The notes: a model not told the origin generated them from the letters alone. DNA of 64,000 nt from Nitrospirota bacterium (GCA_015492645.1 WGER01000027.1:11396-75395), one strand, 5' to 3'; counted from the first letter of the stretch, positions 21,536 to 29,614 are shown. Program-made: numbers and translations.

Positions 21536-21958
21536 ATGCTTAAGGTGATGTTTCTCTGCACAGGTAACTCCTGCCGAAGCCAGATGGCAGAGGCTCTGGC
21601 AAGGCATTACGGTAAAGGTATAATTGAACCCTACAGTGCAGGCCTGATGCCCGTTGGGGTAAATCCCAATGCAGTAAAGGTAATGAAAGAGATAGGCATT
21701 GATATCTCAGGACAAACCTCAGACCCCATAGACGAGGACCTTCTCAGGCAGATGGATGTGATTGTAACCCTCTGTGGAAATGCCGAGGCATCCTGCCCCA
21801 GAACTCCACCTGAGATTAAACGCCTTCACTGGCCCATTGACGACCCCATTGGCACTGTAGGAACAGAGGAGGAAGTCCTTCGGGCCTTCCGCAGGGCGAG
21901 GGATGAGATAAAGGAGCGGATACTGAAATTTATTGAGGAGGTGGAAAGGGATGATTAG
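21536..21958 (+). CDS. arsC: arsenate reductase, LMW-PTPase / thioredoxin-coupled type
   Basis: [13 protein letters not shown]-loop plus the downstream Cys pair in [10 protein letters not shown]. Confidence 0.92.
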   Translation: MLKVMFLCTGNSCRSQMAEALARHYGKGIIEPYSAGLMPVGVNPNAVKVMKEIGIDISGQTSDPIDEDLLRQMDVIVTLCGNAEASCPRTPPEIKRLHWPIDDPIGTVGTEEEVLRAFRRARDEIKERILKFIEEVERDD

Positions 21959-23003
21959 GAGGGCACTTGAGAAACTTCACAACTTCAGGTTGCTGCCTGT
22001 GTTTGTCCTTGTCAGTATGGCGGTTGGTGTAACCATTGGAAAGGTCTATGGGATTTCAAACTTTAAGATTACTCCACCAATTGATGCAATCAAGGCAATC
22101 TTTCGTGGCAGTTATGAATTCAGTTTGCCCAATACCCTTGCCCTTGGAGTGGTCCTGGGACTTTTTATGATGATATACCCCGCTATGGCAAACATAAAGT
22201 TTGAGGACCTGGGAAAGGCCGCCCGTTCTCCCAGACAACTGGCAATTGTAATGTTTTTCAACTATGCCGTGGCCCCATTTTATATGCTCCTGCTGGCGAA
22301 GATATTCCTGAGTGGAGAGGTTGACCTTTACACCGGCCTTGTCCTCTACGGCCTTGCACCCTGTATAGCAATGGTCATTGTATTTACTTATCTTGCAGGA
22401 GGGAATGGTCCCCTTGCAATCATACTTGTTGCCTTTAACTCAATCATGCAGATGATTCTCATACCTGTATATGCAAAACTTCTCCTTGGTGATATTCGGT
22501 TTGATGTATGGGTGGTGGGAGAGAGTGTCCTGCTTTATCTTGGCATTCCCCTTCTGGCAGGGATGCTTACAAGGTTTCTTGGGGTGAAAAGGTATGGTGA
22601 GCAGTGGTTTCATCGGTTGAAGTTTTATCTTGACACCATGTCAATTGTAGGGCTTCTTTTTACACTGGTGGTCATGTTTGCCCTTAAGGGAGACCTGATA
22701 CTTGAAAAGCCATTTTTTATTGTCCAGATGGCCATCCCCATGACCATATTCTTCTGGAGTATGTTTGTAGTGGTCTATCTTGTCTCATGGAAACTGGGCC
22801 TCAATTACGAGGACTCCGTTGCAGTAGCCTTTAATTCCACAGGCAGGGACTTTGAGATAGCCATAGCAATAGCCATCACCGCCTTTAACCCAACAGTGGC
22901 ACTGGCAACAGTAATAGGACCCTTGATTGAGGTCCCTGTGATGCTTGTGCTTGTATGGTTTGCAAAGTCAACTGAATATAAACTCTTTAAAGGGAGGGAT
23001 TGA
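21951..23003 (+). CDS. acr3: ACR3-family arsenite efflux permease
   Basis: Ten-TM pattern, conserved GLAPCIAMV and [16 protein letters not shown] segments. ATG 21951 follows SD gaggagg and overlaps the arsC stop. Confidence 0.9.
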   Translation: MIRRALEKLHNFRLLPVFVLVSMAVGVTIGKVYGISNFKITPPIDAIKAIFRGSYEFSLPNTLALGVVLGLFMMIYPAMANIKFEDLGKAARSPRQLAIVMFFNYAVAPFYMLLLAKIFLSGEVDLYTGLVLYGLAPCIAMVIVFTYLAGGNGPLAIILVAFNSIMQMILIPVYAKLLLGDIRFDVWVVGESVLLYLGIPLLAGMLTRFLGVKRYGEQWFHRLKFYLDTMSIVGLLFTLVVMFALKGDLILEKPFFIVQMAIPMTIFFWSMFVVVYLVSWKLGLNYEDSVAVAFNSTGRDFEIAIAIAITAFNPTVALATVIGPLIEVPVMLVLVWFAKSTEYKLFKGRD

Positions 23004-23005
23004 GC

Positions 23006-23929
23006 ATGTATAAAAAGATACTCTATCCCATAAAGTTTGAAGAGTTTTCCCTTGATGTCCTGAGGTGTATCCTTGCCTTTAAGAATGCTGGCACTGAGGA
23101 GATAGTCTTTGTCCATGTAATAGATGTCTCTAAGATGCCGATGGACAGATATGAAGGATATTCCCCTGTTGATGTGGAGTCTCTAAAGGCGATTGCTAAG
23201 GAAAAGATGAAGGAGGCAGTAAGGATTGCAGAGGCCGGGGGACTCAAGACAAAGGAGATAATTCGCACTGGAGTCCCCTATCGGGAGATACTGAAGGTGG
23301 CAGAAGAAGAGCCGGGGGTGTCCTTGATTGTCTCTGGCAGGCAGAAAAAGAGTATTCTTAAAGAGATATTCATAGGCTCTAACACAGACAGGATTATCCG
23401 CTATGGTGATATACCTGTCTTCATCCCGAAATATCCAGGTGTTTTTGGTATCACCAGTAAGGAGGAATGTGAGAGAATCTGCCAGAATATCTTTAAAAGG
23501 GTCCTCTATCCCACAGACTGGTCTGACTGTGCAAGGGTGACCTTGCAATACATTAAGGCACTGAAAGGGGCAGGGGTTGAGGAGGTTGTGGTTGCCCATG
23601 TGATGGATGAAAAGGCAATGAGACTTCAACCACCTGACAGGTTCAGGGAATTTGAAAAAGAGGACATGGAAAGACTTGAGGAGGTAAAGAGAGAACTTGA
23701 AGAGACAGGCTATAAGACAAAGACAAGGCTTGAAGTGGGAAGGCCAGGTGCTGACCTGATAAGGATTGCCCGTGAGGAGGATGTGACCCTGATTGTGATG
23801 GGCTCCCATGGCAAGGGCTATGTGGAAGGTATCCTCTGGGGCTCTGTCTCAAGGAATGTGGTTGAATACAGCGACAGGCCTGTGTTGCTTGTAAAGAGCG
23901 AAAAATGCCTGAAGGAGGTTAGACCATGA
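23006..23929 (+). CDS. tandem universal stress protein (2x UspA domain)
   Basis: Two USP repeats, each ending in a G-x2-G-x9-GS-type motif (IVSGRQKKSILKEIFIGSNTDR; VMGSHGKGYVEGILWGSVSRNV). SD agggaggg before ATG 23006. Confidence 0.85.
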   Translation: MYKKILYPIKFEEFSLDVLRCILAFKNAGTEEIVFVHVIDVSKMPMDRYEGYSPVDVESLKAIAKEKMKEAVRIAEAGGLKTKEIIRTGVPYREILKVAEEEPGVSLIVSGRQKKSILKEIFIGSNTDRIIRYGDIPVFIPKYPGVFGITSKEECERICQNIFKRVLYPTDWSDCARVTLQYIKALKGAGVEEVVVAHVMDEKAMRLQPPDRFREFEKEDMERLEEVKRELEETGYKTKTRLEVGRPGADLIRIAREEDVTLIVMGSHGKGYVEGILWGSVSRNVVEYSDRPVLLVKSEKCLKEVRP

Positions 23930-24258
23930 AGGTAGAGATCTATGACCCACCCATGTGCTGTTCATCAGGCCTCTGCGGGCCGAATATTGACCCTGTGCTT
24001 GTGAGGGTAAACGAGGCTATATTGAACCTAAAAAAGCAGGGTGTGGAGGTCAGGAGGTTTAACCTTGCCCAGCAGCCAAAGGCATTCATGGAAAACCCTA
24101 CAGTAAAATCCCTTCTTGCAAAGGAGGGTAAGAAGATTCTGCCCATCACCATAGTAAATGGTGAGGTCTTCAGGACCTCTGGGTATCCATCCTATGAGGA
24201 ACTCTGCAAGGCTCTTGGGATTGAGCCTTTAAAAAGTATTCCTATAATTAGGGTTTAA
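23926..24258 (+). CDS. arsD: arsenical resistance operon metallochaperone ArsD
   Basis: MKVEIYDPPMCCSSGLCGP, the Cys12-Cys13-Cys18 signature. Confidence 0.92.
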   Translation: MKVEIYDPPMCCSSGLCGPNIDPVLVRVNEAILNLKKQGVEVRRFNLAQQPKAFMENPTVKSLLAKEGKKILPITIVNGEVFRTSGYPSYEELCKALGIEPLKSIPIIRV

Positions 24259-24340
24259 TCGGTGAAGCGGCAACTCGGTGAAGGGGTAAAGTCGGTGAAG
24301 AGGTGAAGGGGTGAAGGGGTAAAGAGGTGAAGGGGTGAAG
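24259..24340 (+). repeat. tandem 8-nt repeat array (about ten units, consensus NNGGTGAA), left arm of the cassette
   Basis: tcggtgaa gcggcaac tcggtgaa ggggtaaa (g) tcggtgaa gaggtgaa ggggtgaa ggggtaaa gaggtgaa ggggtgaa. Supplies the SD and GTG start of the next ORF. Confidence 0.9.
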
Positions 24341-24709
24341 AAAGGATATCAAAGTTTTAAGGAATTGAAGGTATGGCAGGAAGCCAGGACACTTGCAGTG
24401 AGGATATATAAGATTACTTCTTCAGGTGCATTATCAAGAGACTTTGGCTTTAGAGACCAGATTCGACGTGCAGCAATATCTATTCCTTCTAATATTGCCG
24501 AAGGATATGAAAGAGGAACTGATAAAGAGTTTATTCGTTATATCATGATAGCAAAAGGCTCCATTGCAGAATTAAGGACGCAATTGGAAATAGCAAAGGA
24601 AATAGATTATCTGGATTCACAAATATACGATGAACTGGAAAATCTTTGTAACAAAATAGGTGCAATGCTAACGAAATTGATCAGAGCAAGGAGTGCCAAT
24701 AATGTCTGA
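24335..24709 (+). CDS. four-helix-bundle protein (23S rRNA intervening-sequence protein / Avd-like family)
   Basis: 124 aa. N-terminus FKELKVWQEARTLAVRIYKIT and later NIAEGYERGTDKEFIRYIMIAKGSIAELRTQLEIA match my recollection of the PF05635-type family. GTG start at 24335 inside the repeat. Confidence 0.75.
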   Translation: MKKGYQSFKELKVWQEARTLAVRIYKITSSGALSRDFGFRDQIRRAAISIPSNIAEGYERGTDKEFIRYIMIAKGSIAELRTQLEIAKEIDYLDSQIYDELENLCNKIGAMLTKLIRARSANNV

Positions 24710-26618
24710 TGTAAATACAAAATTTACCGATTCACCCATTAACCGATCAACCACTTCACCATTATATATCTTCTTCTCAGGCAAAGGCGGAGTGGGAAAG
24801 ACCACTATGGCCTGTGCAACGGCCATCTACCACGGTATTCAAGGCAAAAGGACACTTATTGTCTCAACCGACCCCGCCTCTAATCTATCGGATGTATTTG
24901 AACAGCAGATTGGCCATAAGGTGGTAAAAATAAATGGTGTGGAAAACCTCTTTGCCATGGAGATTGACCCTGATGAGGCCACCCGTGAATACAAGGAACG
25001 GATTATTGCCCCTTTCAGGGAAGTGATGCCCGAGGATGTGATAGCCTCCATTGATGAACAGTTAAGCGGCCCCTGCACCACTGAGATGGCAGCCTTTGAC
25101 CGATTTATTGACTTCATGGAGACCGATGATTACGACATTATAGTATTTGACACTGCTCCCACAGGGCACACCATCAGGCTTCTGGAACTGCCTGTTGACT
25201 GGTCACGGCACATTGAGGAGGCATCAAAGGGCACGGGGCAGACCTGTCTTGGCCCTGTGGAGACCATACAGGGCTCTAAGGAACGGTATGACCGTGCAAC
25301 AGCACTGCTTAAGGATCCTCAAAAGACGAGGTTTATATTCGTCATGCGTCCTGATGAGTTGTCTTTATACGAGACACTCAGGGCATCAAAGGAACTTGAA
25401 AGCATAGGGATAAAAAAAGGCGAGATTATCATAAACGGCATCCTGCCGGCGGAGGTCTGTGAGGTAGAGTTTTTCAGGAAGAAATACCACGCCCAGCAGA
25501 GGGTCATAAAAGAGGCAGAAGAGATCTTTGCTGATATTCCCAGGAGATATATGTTACTAAGGGATTCTGAAGTAAAAGGGATTGATAACCTTAAGTCACT
25601 GGCAGTGGAGTTGTTTGGCGGTGAAGCGGTGAAGGAGTTAATCGGTGAAGCGGAAAAAGAGTCCACCACTTCACCACTTCACCGAGTCACCTCTTCACCG
25701 TCCTCCCGCTTCACCTATTCACCTCTTCACCGAATGACCGCTTCACCGCTTTCGCTTTTTTTGCCAGTTAACACTGGAACAAGGGCTGTTTTCTTCACTG
25801 GAAAGGGCGGGGTTGGAAAGACCACCATATCCTGCATCACTTCATTATTTACTGCAAAGAAAGGTCATAAGAGCCTTCTTGTCACCACAGACCCTGCCGC
25901 ACATATCGGTGAGGTGCTGGATGTTAAGATCGGCACTGAACCAGTAGAGGTGACCGAAAACCTTTTTGCAGTGATGGTTGACCAGGAAGAGGCGTTTAAG
26001 GAGTACAAGGAGCGGATACTCAATGAGGCAAGGGGCAAATACTCAGAGGAGATGCTTCGGGCAATGGAGGAGGAACTGAACTCCCCATGCACTGAGGAAA
26101 TGGCAGCCTTTGACAGGTTTATTCAGTTTATAGAGTCACGGGATTACGATGTAATAGTATTTGATACCGCACCAACAGGGCATACACTGAGGCTTCTGAG
26201 CCTTCCCTTTGATTATGCAAGGCAGGTGGAGATGATGGTCTCAGGAGCCGGGGCTGAAAAGGCAAAGGAAGATACGGAAAACCGTTTCAAAGAGATAATC
26301 AACCTCCTTAAAGACACTAAAAGGACGACCTTCTGCCTTGTCTTATATCCCGAATCCACACCCATTGAGGAGTCCTATCGTGCCATGCTTGACCTTAAAG
26401 ATGCAGGAATTGAGACGCAACTGGTAGTGGCAAACATGATTATTCCAGAGGAGGTCTGCGTTAATGACTTCTTCCGTAACAGAAGGGCCATGCAGTTAAA
26501 ATACCTTGAGGAGATAAAAAAGAGATTTGGACTTCCAGTTCTTGAATTTCCTCTGATGGAGGATGAGATAAGGGGAATGGAAATGCTAGAAAGGGCCCTC
26601 TCATATCTCGTTGAATGA
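24702..26618 (+). CDS. arsA: arsenite-transporting ATPase ArsA (A1-linker-A2)
   Basis: Two P-loops GKGGVGKTT, two DTAPTGHT signatures, and As(III)-ligand Cys contexts (SGPCTTEMAAFD, GQTCLGP, NSPCTEEMAAFD). The N-terminal extension and the linker are repeat-derived. Confidence 0.93.
   Translation: MSDVNTKFTDSPINRSTTSPLYIFFSGKGGVGKTTMACATAIYHGIQGKRTLIVSTDPASNLSDVFEQQIGHKVVKINGVENLFAMEIDPDEATREYKERIIAPFREVMPEDVIASIDEQLSGPCTTEMAAFDRFIDFMETDDYDIIVFDTAPTGHTIRLLELPVDWSRHIEEASKGTGQTCLGPVETIQGSKERYDRATALLKDPQKTRFIFVMRPDELSLYETLRASKELESIGIKKGEIIINGILPAEVCEVEFFRKKYHAQQRVIKEAEEIFADIPRRYMLLRDSEVKGIDNLKSLAVELFGGEAVKELIGEAEKESTTSPLHRVTSSPSSRFTYSPLHRMTASPLSLFLPVNTGTRAVFFTGKGGVGKTTISCITSLFTAKKGHKSLLVTTDPAAHIGEVLDVKIGTEPVEVTENLFAVMVDQEEAFKEYKERILNEARGKYSEEMLRAMEEELNSPCTEEMAAFDRFIQFIESRDYDVIVFDTAPTGHTLRLLSLPFDYARQVEMMVSGAGAEKAKEDTENRFKEIINLLKDTKRTTFCLVLYPESTPIEESYRAMLDLKDAGIETQLVVANMIIPEEVCVNDFFRNRRAMQLKYLEEIKKRFGLPVLEFPLMEDEIRGMEMLERALSYLVE
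24723..24761 (+). repeat. right arm of the cassette (inverted copy of 24260-24300), translated as the ArsA N-terminal extension
   Basis: The reverse complement tggtgaagtggttgatcggttaatgggtgaatcggtaaa aligns along its length with cggtgaagcggcaactcggtgaaggggtaaagtcggtgaag. Confidence 0.75.
25617..25754 (+). repeat. gene-less inverted octamer array translated as the ArsA A1-A2 linker
   Basis: Left arm, 4-5 GGTGAAG-type units (25617-25653). Loop aaaaagagtcc. Right arm, eleven ACCNCTTC units (25665-25754). Total 138 nt = 46 codons, with an 8-aa periodic peptide TTSPLHRV TSSPSSRF TYSPLHRM TASPLSLF. Confidence 0.88.
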
Positions 26619-26624
26619 CCTGTC

Positions 26625-26900
26625 ATGAATGTAGAACACCTTATCAAGAACCTATCTGAATCTGCCAGTGGAGACCCTGAACTCTTTAAACTTCTTGAAA
26701 AGGCCCGGGAGTATGCCCGGGTTTATCACTTTGCAAAGGCAAGGCAGAAGGGCTGTAACGGGATGGGGGAGGTGGCAACACTGAAGGATGAGTTTAATTC
26801 TGTAATAGAAGATCTCCTTTCTTATGCCTCTGAAAAGGGATATATCCCTCCAGATACATCCTTTGATATTGATGAAGTGGCAAAGGTGTTGATTTATTAG
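26625..26900 (+). CDS. hypothetical protein (last gene of the ars cluster)
   Basis: 91-aa ORF 6 nt after the arsA stop. No recognisable motif. Confidence 0.4.
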   Translation: MNVEHLIKNLSESASGDPELFKLLEKAREYARVYHFAKARQKGCNGMGEVATLKDEFNSVIEDLLSYASEKGYIPPDTSFDIDEVAKVLIY

Positions 26901-27090
26901 CCCGGCAACCAAAAACAAAAAAACACACCCATCAAGTGAACCCTCCTCTCCCTCTGCAAGAGGAGGAGTGGGTGAGGGTGAATAATGCGTGAATTTAATA
27001 AGTTCTTCCCCTCCCCTTGTCGTCCTGATGGAGGGGGATATTTTTTATCTCTGATCTTGAAGTATTTGAGGGTCGGAGTAATAATGAAAT
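26893..27090 (+). repeat. ~190-bp dispersed element, copy B
   Basis: Same block order as 21313-21505. Hairpin 1 differs by paired changes (CCTCCTCT...AGAGGAGG). Confidence 0.75.
27008..27046 (+). terminator. intrinsic terminator-like hairpin inside repeat copy B
   Basis: CCCCTCC (27008-27014) pairs with GGAGGGG (27030-27036), followed by gatatttttt. Confidence 0.5.
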
Positions 27091-27104
27091 AGCATGAAAG
27101 GACA

Positions 27105-27128
27105 GGCGGGCAATCAGTATTGCCCGCC
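27105..27128 (-). terminator. 10-bp perfect GC-rich hairpin after the rhodanese gene
   Basis: GGCGGGCAAT-cagt-ATTGCCCGCC, 13 nt beyond the minus-strand stop at 27141. Weak U-tract. Confidence 0.45.
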
Positions 27129-27140
27129 CTTAGAGAAAAC

Positions 27141-28061
27141 CTACTTCACCCATACCTCATCTTCTGCTGGAAGTGCTGTCAGCGCTGCCCACTCCTTCCA
27201 AGCACCCTCATATATCTTTACATCAGGATAGCCAAGGATGTGTTTTAATACTACATAGGCATGGGCTGCTCGGTCTGATGAATGGCAGTAGGTATATACT
27301 GTTTTATCAGGTGTGATTCCTGCACTGGTAAATGCCTTCTTTATCTCATCTGCTGGTTTGTATAGTTGTGATTCCTTGTAGTTTGCGGCATCAACACCCG
27401 TCACATTTATGGCACCAGGGATATGCCCACCCCTGATTGCCCTTATGTTTTCACCGATGTATTCAGCCACAGGACGAGCATCATGCAGTACCACATCTGG
27501 TCTTTGTTTCTGAACCACATCCCTGAATACATCCTGCCATGAGACAAGGAGGTTCAGATTTGGCCCTTTTGTCATATAGGGCTTTTTCTGTTTAAAATGA
27601 AAGGGCTTTGTTGTTACAGGATAACCCTTTTTCTTCCACTGCTTTATTCCACCATCAAGTATCTTCAGTTTGCTTACATCGTGACCATAGAGTTCCATCA
27701 CAAAAATCATCCTGCTTGCAAATATGCCATGGTGATCATCATAGGCTACCACTGTGGTGTTGTTGTCAATTCCGAGCCTCTCCATGAGATCGATAAACTG
27801 TTCCATCCCTGGATATTTATTGGGTGGATATTTTGTGTAGTCTTCAAGATCAACATGTCTAATAACCTTCACGGCATTGGGTATATGCCCTTTGTCGTAA
27901 GAATCAGGTTTGTTCTGTACATCAATTATTCTTATATTCGGATCATCCAGATGTGCCTTCAGCCAGTCTGCACTGACAAGTATTCCACCTGCCATTACGG
28001 AGGTGGCTGAAAAAACAACCACAAATAGCAGACTGACAATCAATAATCTTTTGCCTCTCAT
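27141..28061 (-). CDS. periplasmic tandem-rhodanese thiosulfate sulfurtransferase
   Basis: SD aaggaggt before ATG 28061. Signal peptide MRGKRLLIVSLLFVVVFSATSVMA. Two rhodanese domains, with active-site loop YCHSSDRAAH in the second. Confidence 0.85.
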   Translation of the reverse strand: MRGKRLLIVSLLFVVVFSATSVMAGGILVSADWLKAHLDDPNIRIIDVQNKPDSYDKGHIPNAVKVIRHVDLEDYTKYPPNKYPGMEQFIDLMERLGIDNNTTVVAYDDHHGIFASRMIFVMELYGHDVSKLKILDGGIKQWKKKGYPVTTKPFHFKQKKPYMTKGPNLNLLVSWQDVFRDVVQKQRPDVVLHDARPVAEYIGENIRAIRGGHIPGAINVTGVDAANYKESQLYKPADEIKKAFTSAGITPDKTVYTYCHSSDRAAHAYVVLKHILGYPDVKIYEGAWKEWAALTALPAEDEVWVK

Positions 28062-28119
28062 ACTTACCTCCTTTACGTTATTTTTTTGCCGCCCAGGGCG
28101 GTCTGTCTGTATCAGGATA

Positions 28120-28136
28120 GGCAATTGTTATGCCAC
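28120..28136 (-). promoter_or_regulatory. sigma-54 (-24/-12) promoter for the rhodanese gene
   Basis: The minus strand reads gTGGCATaacaaTTGCc, i.e. TGGCAY-N5-TTGC with correct spacing, about 60 nt upstream of the start codon. Confidence 0.75.
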
Positions 28137-28233
28137 TTACTGCAAGAAAGAGGTAAGAGTTGGAGATTCAAGGGTTTACAGGGATTATCTAAAAGATCAG
28201 GTTGGGTAAGGATTGCTAAAGCAAAGAAGGTTT

Positions 28234-28268
28234 TATTTCAAAATGAAAGGGATATTTCAAAATGAAAG
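28234..28268. promoter_or_regulatory. two identical 16-nt palindromic sites, candidate enhancer (UAS) for the adjacent NtrC-type activator
   Basis: tatTTCAaaaTGAAag at 28234-28249 and again at 28253-28268, centres 19 bp apart, about 100-150 nt upstream of the sigma-54 promoter. Confidence 0.6.
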
Positions 28269-28270
28269 AA

Positions 28271-29614
28271 TTACCTGATACCGTATAGTTTCATCTTACG
28301 CCAGAGGGTGGCTGTGCTGATGCCAAGGGCAGAGGCAACGAGGTCTCTGCGACCATTGAATCTCTGTATCGCCCTCCTTATGAGCATCTCTTCCATTTCA
28401 GCAATGCTCATAATATCAGGCTCTGTGCCCTGATGCTGGCTGGAGAAATCCTCGGGCAGGTCAACTGAACTGAGGGTATCAGAGTTTTCCATAAGCACCG
28501 CCCGTTCAATGGTGTTTTCAAGTTCCCTGACATTGCCGGGCCAGTTATACTGAAGTAATCTCTCCATTACCTGTGGTGAGATAGACCTTATATCTTTGTG
28601 GTATTTTTTTGAAAATCTGTTAAGGAAGTAGTGTGCAAGAAGGGGAATGTCCTCTTTCCGTTTTCTAAGTGGCGGTATCTCTATGTTTACCACATTAAGT
28701 CTATAGTAAAGGTCGGCCCTGAACCTGCCTGCCCTTACCTCCTCACGGAGACTTACATTTGATGCAGCAATCACTCTGATGTCTATCTTAATGGGTCTGG
28801 TGCCACCCACCCTTACTATTGTCCCTTCCTCAAGCACCCTGAGGAGTTTTACCTGAAAGTTTGAACTGGTTGAGTTGATTTCATCAAGAAACAGGGTGCC
28901 GCCCGAGGCGGTCTCAAGGATTCCCTTCTTCTGATTTACTGCTCCTGTGAAGGCGCCCTTTTCATGTCCAAAGAGTTCTGATTCAAGGATACTCTCAGGA
29001 AGGGAGGCGCAATTTAACGCCAGAAAGCCCCCGTCTTTTCTCTGACTCATCCTGTGAATCGCCCTTGCCACCAGTTCCTTTCCCGTGCCTGTCTCTCCTG
29101 TGATAAGCACGGTGGTGTCAAATCCTGCAACCTTTGCTATAGTGTCTTTGAGTTTTCCTATTGCTGAAGAAACACCGATTATCTCCAGTCCTTCACATTC
29201 AAGTTGACGCTGTCTGAGGGCCTTTACCTCTTTCAGAAGACGGACATGCTCTGCGGCACGATTGAACAGGATAACAAACTCATCTGGCTCAAAGGGCTTT
29301 TCTATGTAGTCATAGGCACCTGCCTTCATCGCCTCCACAGCAGAGCCCACGGTTCCGTATCCTGTAATGACTATCACGGTGGAATCCGGATTGTTCTTCT
29401 TTGCCTGCCTGAGAATCTCCATTCCATCAAGTCCTGGCATCATCAGGTCTGTAATTATGATGTCCATCTCCTGCTCACTGAGTGCTTTGAGGGCATCTTC
29501 AGGACGGGTATGGGTTGAAAGACTTATCCCCTTTTGGTTGATGAGTTCCTCTATCAACTGGCACATCCTGAGGTCATCATCCACCACCATTACATTAAGG
29601 CTCTGAGGATTCAT
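28271..29614 (-). CDS. sigma-54-dependent response regulator (NtrC family)
   Basis: Receiver domain (DDD...DLMMPGLDG), AAA+ motifs GETGTGKE and ESELFGHEKGAFTGA, and a C-terminal Fis-type HTH. Confidence 0.93.
   Translation of the reverse strand: MNPQSLNVMVVDDDLRMCQLIEELINQKGISLSTHTRPEDALKALSEQEMDIIITDLMMPGLDGMEILRQAKKNNPDSTVIVITGYGTVGSAVEAMKAGAYDYIEKPFEPDEFVILFNRAAEHVRLLKEVKALRQRQLECEGLEIIGVSSAIGKLKDTIAKVAGFDTTVLITGETGTGKELVARAIHRMSQRKDGGFLALNCASLPESILESELFGHEKGAFTGAVNQKKGILETASGGTLFLDEINSTSSNFQVKLLRVLEEGTIVRVGGTRPIKIDIRVIAASNVSLREEVRAGRFRADLYYRLNVVNIEIPPLRKRKEDIPLLAHYFLNRFSKKYHKDIRSISPQVMERLLQYNWPGNVRELENTIERAVLMENSDTLSSVDLPEDFSSQHQGTEPDIMSIAEMEEMLIRRAIQRFNGRRDLVASALGISTATLWRKMKLYGIR

Noticed and set aside
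24335-24709. Whether the four-helix-bundle gene marks a diversity-generating retroelement (Avd-like).
   Set aside because: There is no reverse transcriptase gene, and no template/variable repeat pair with adenine-specific differences anywhere in the 64 kb.
24259-25754. Whether the 8-nt repeat arrays could be a CRISPR array.
   Set aside because: The period is 8 nt with no unique spacers. The arrays are translated or serve as an SD. There are no cas genes in the window.
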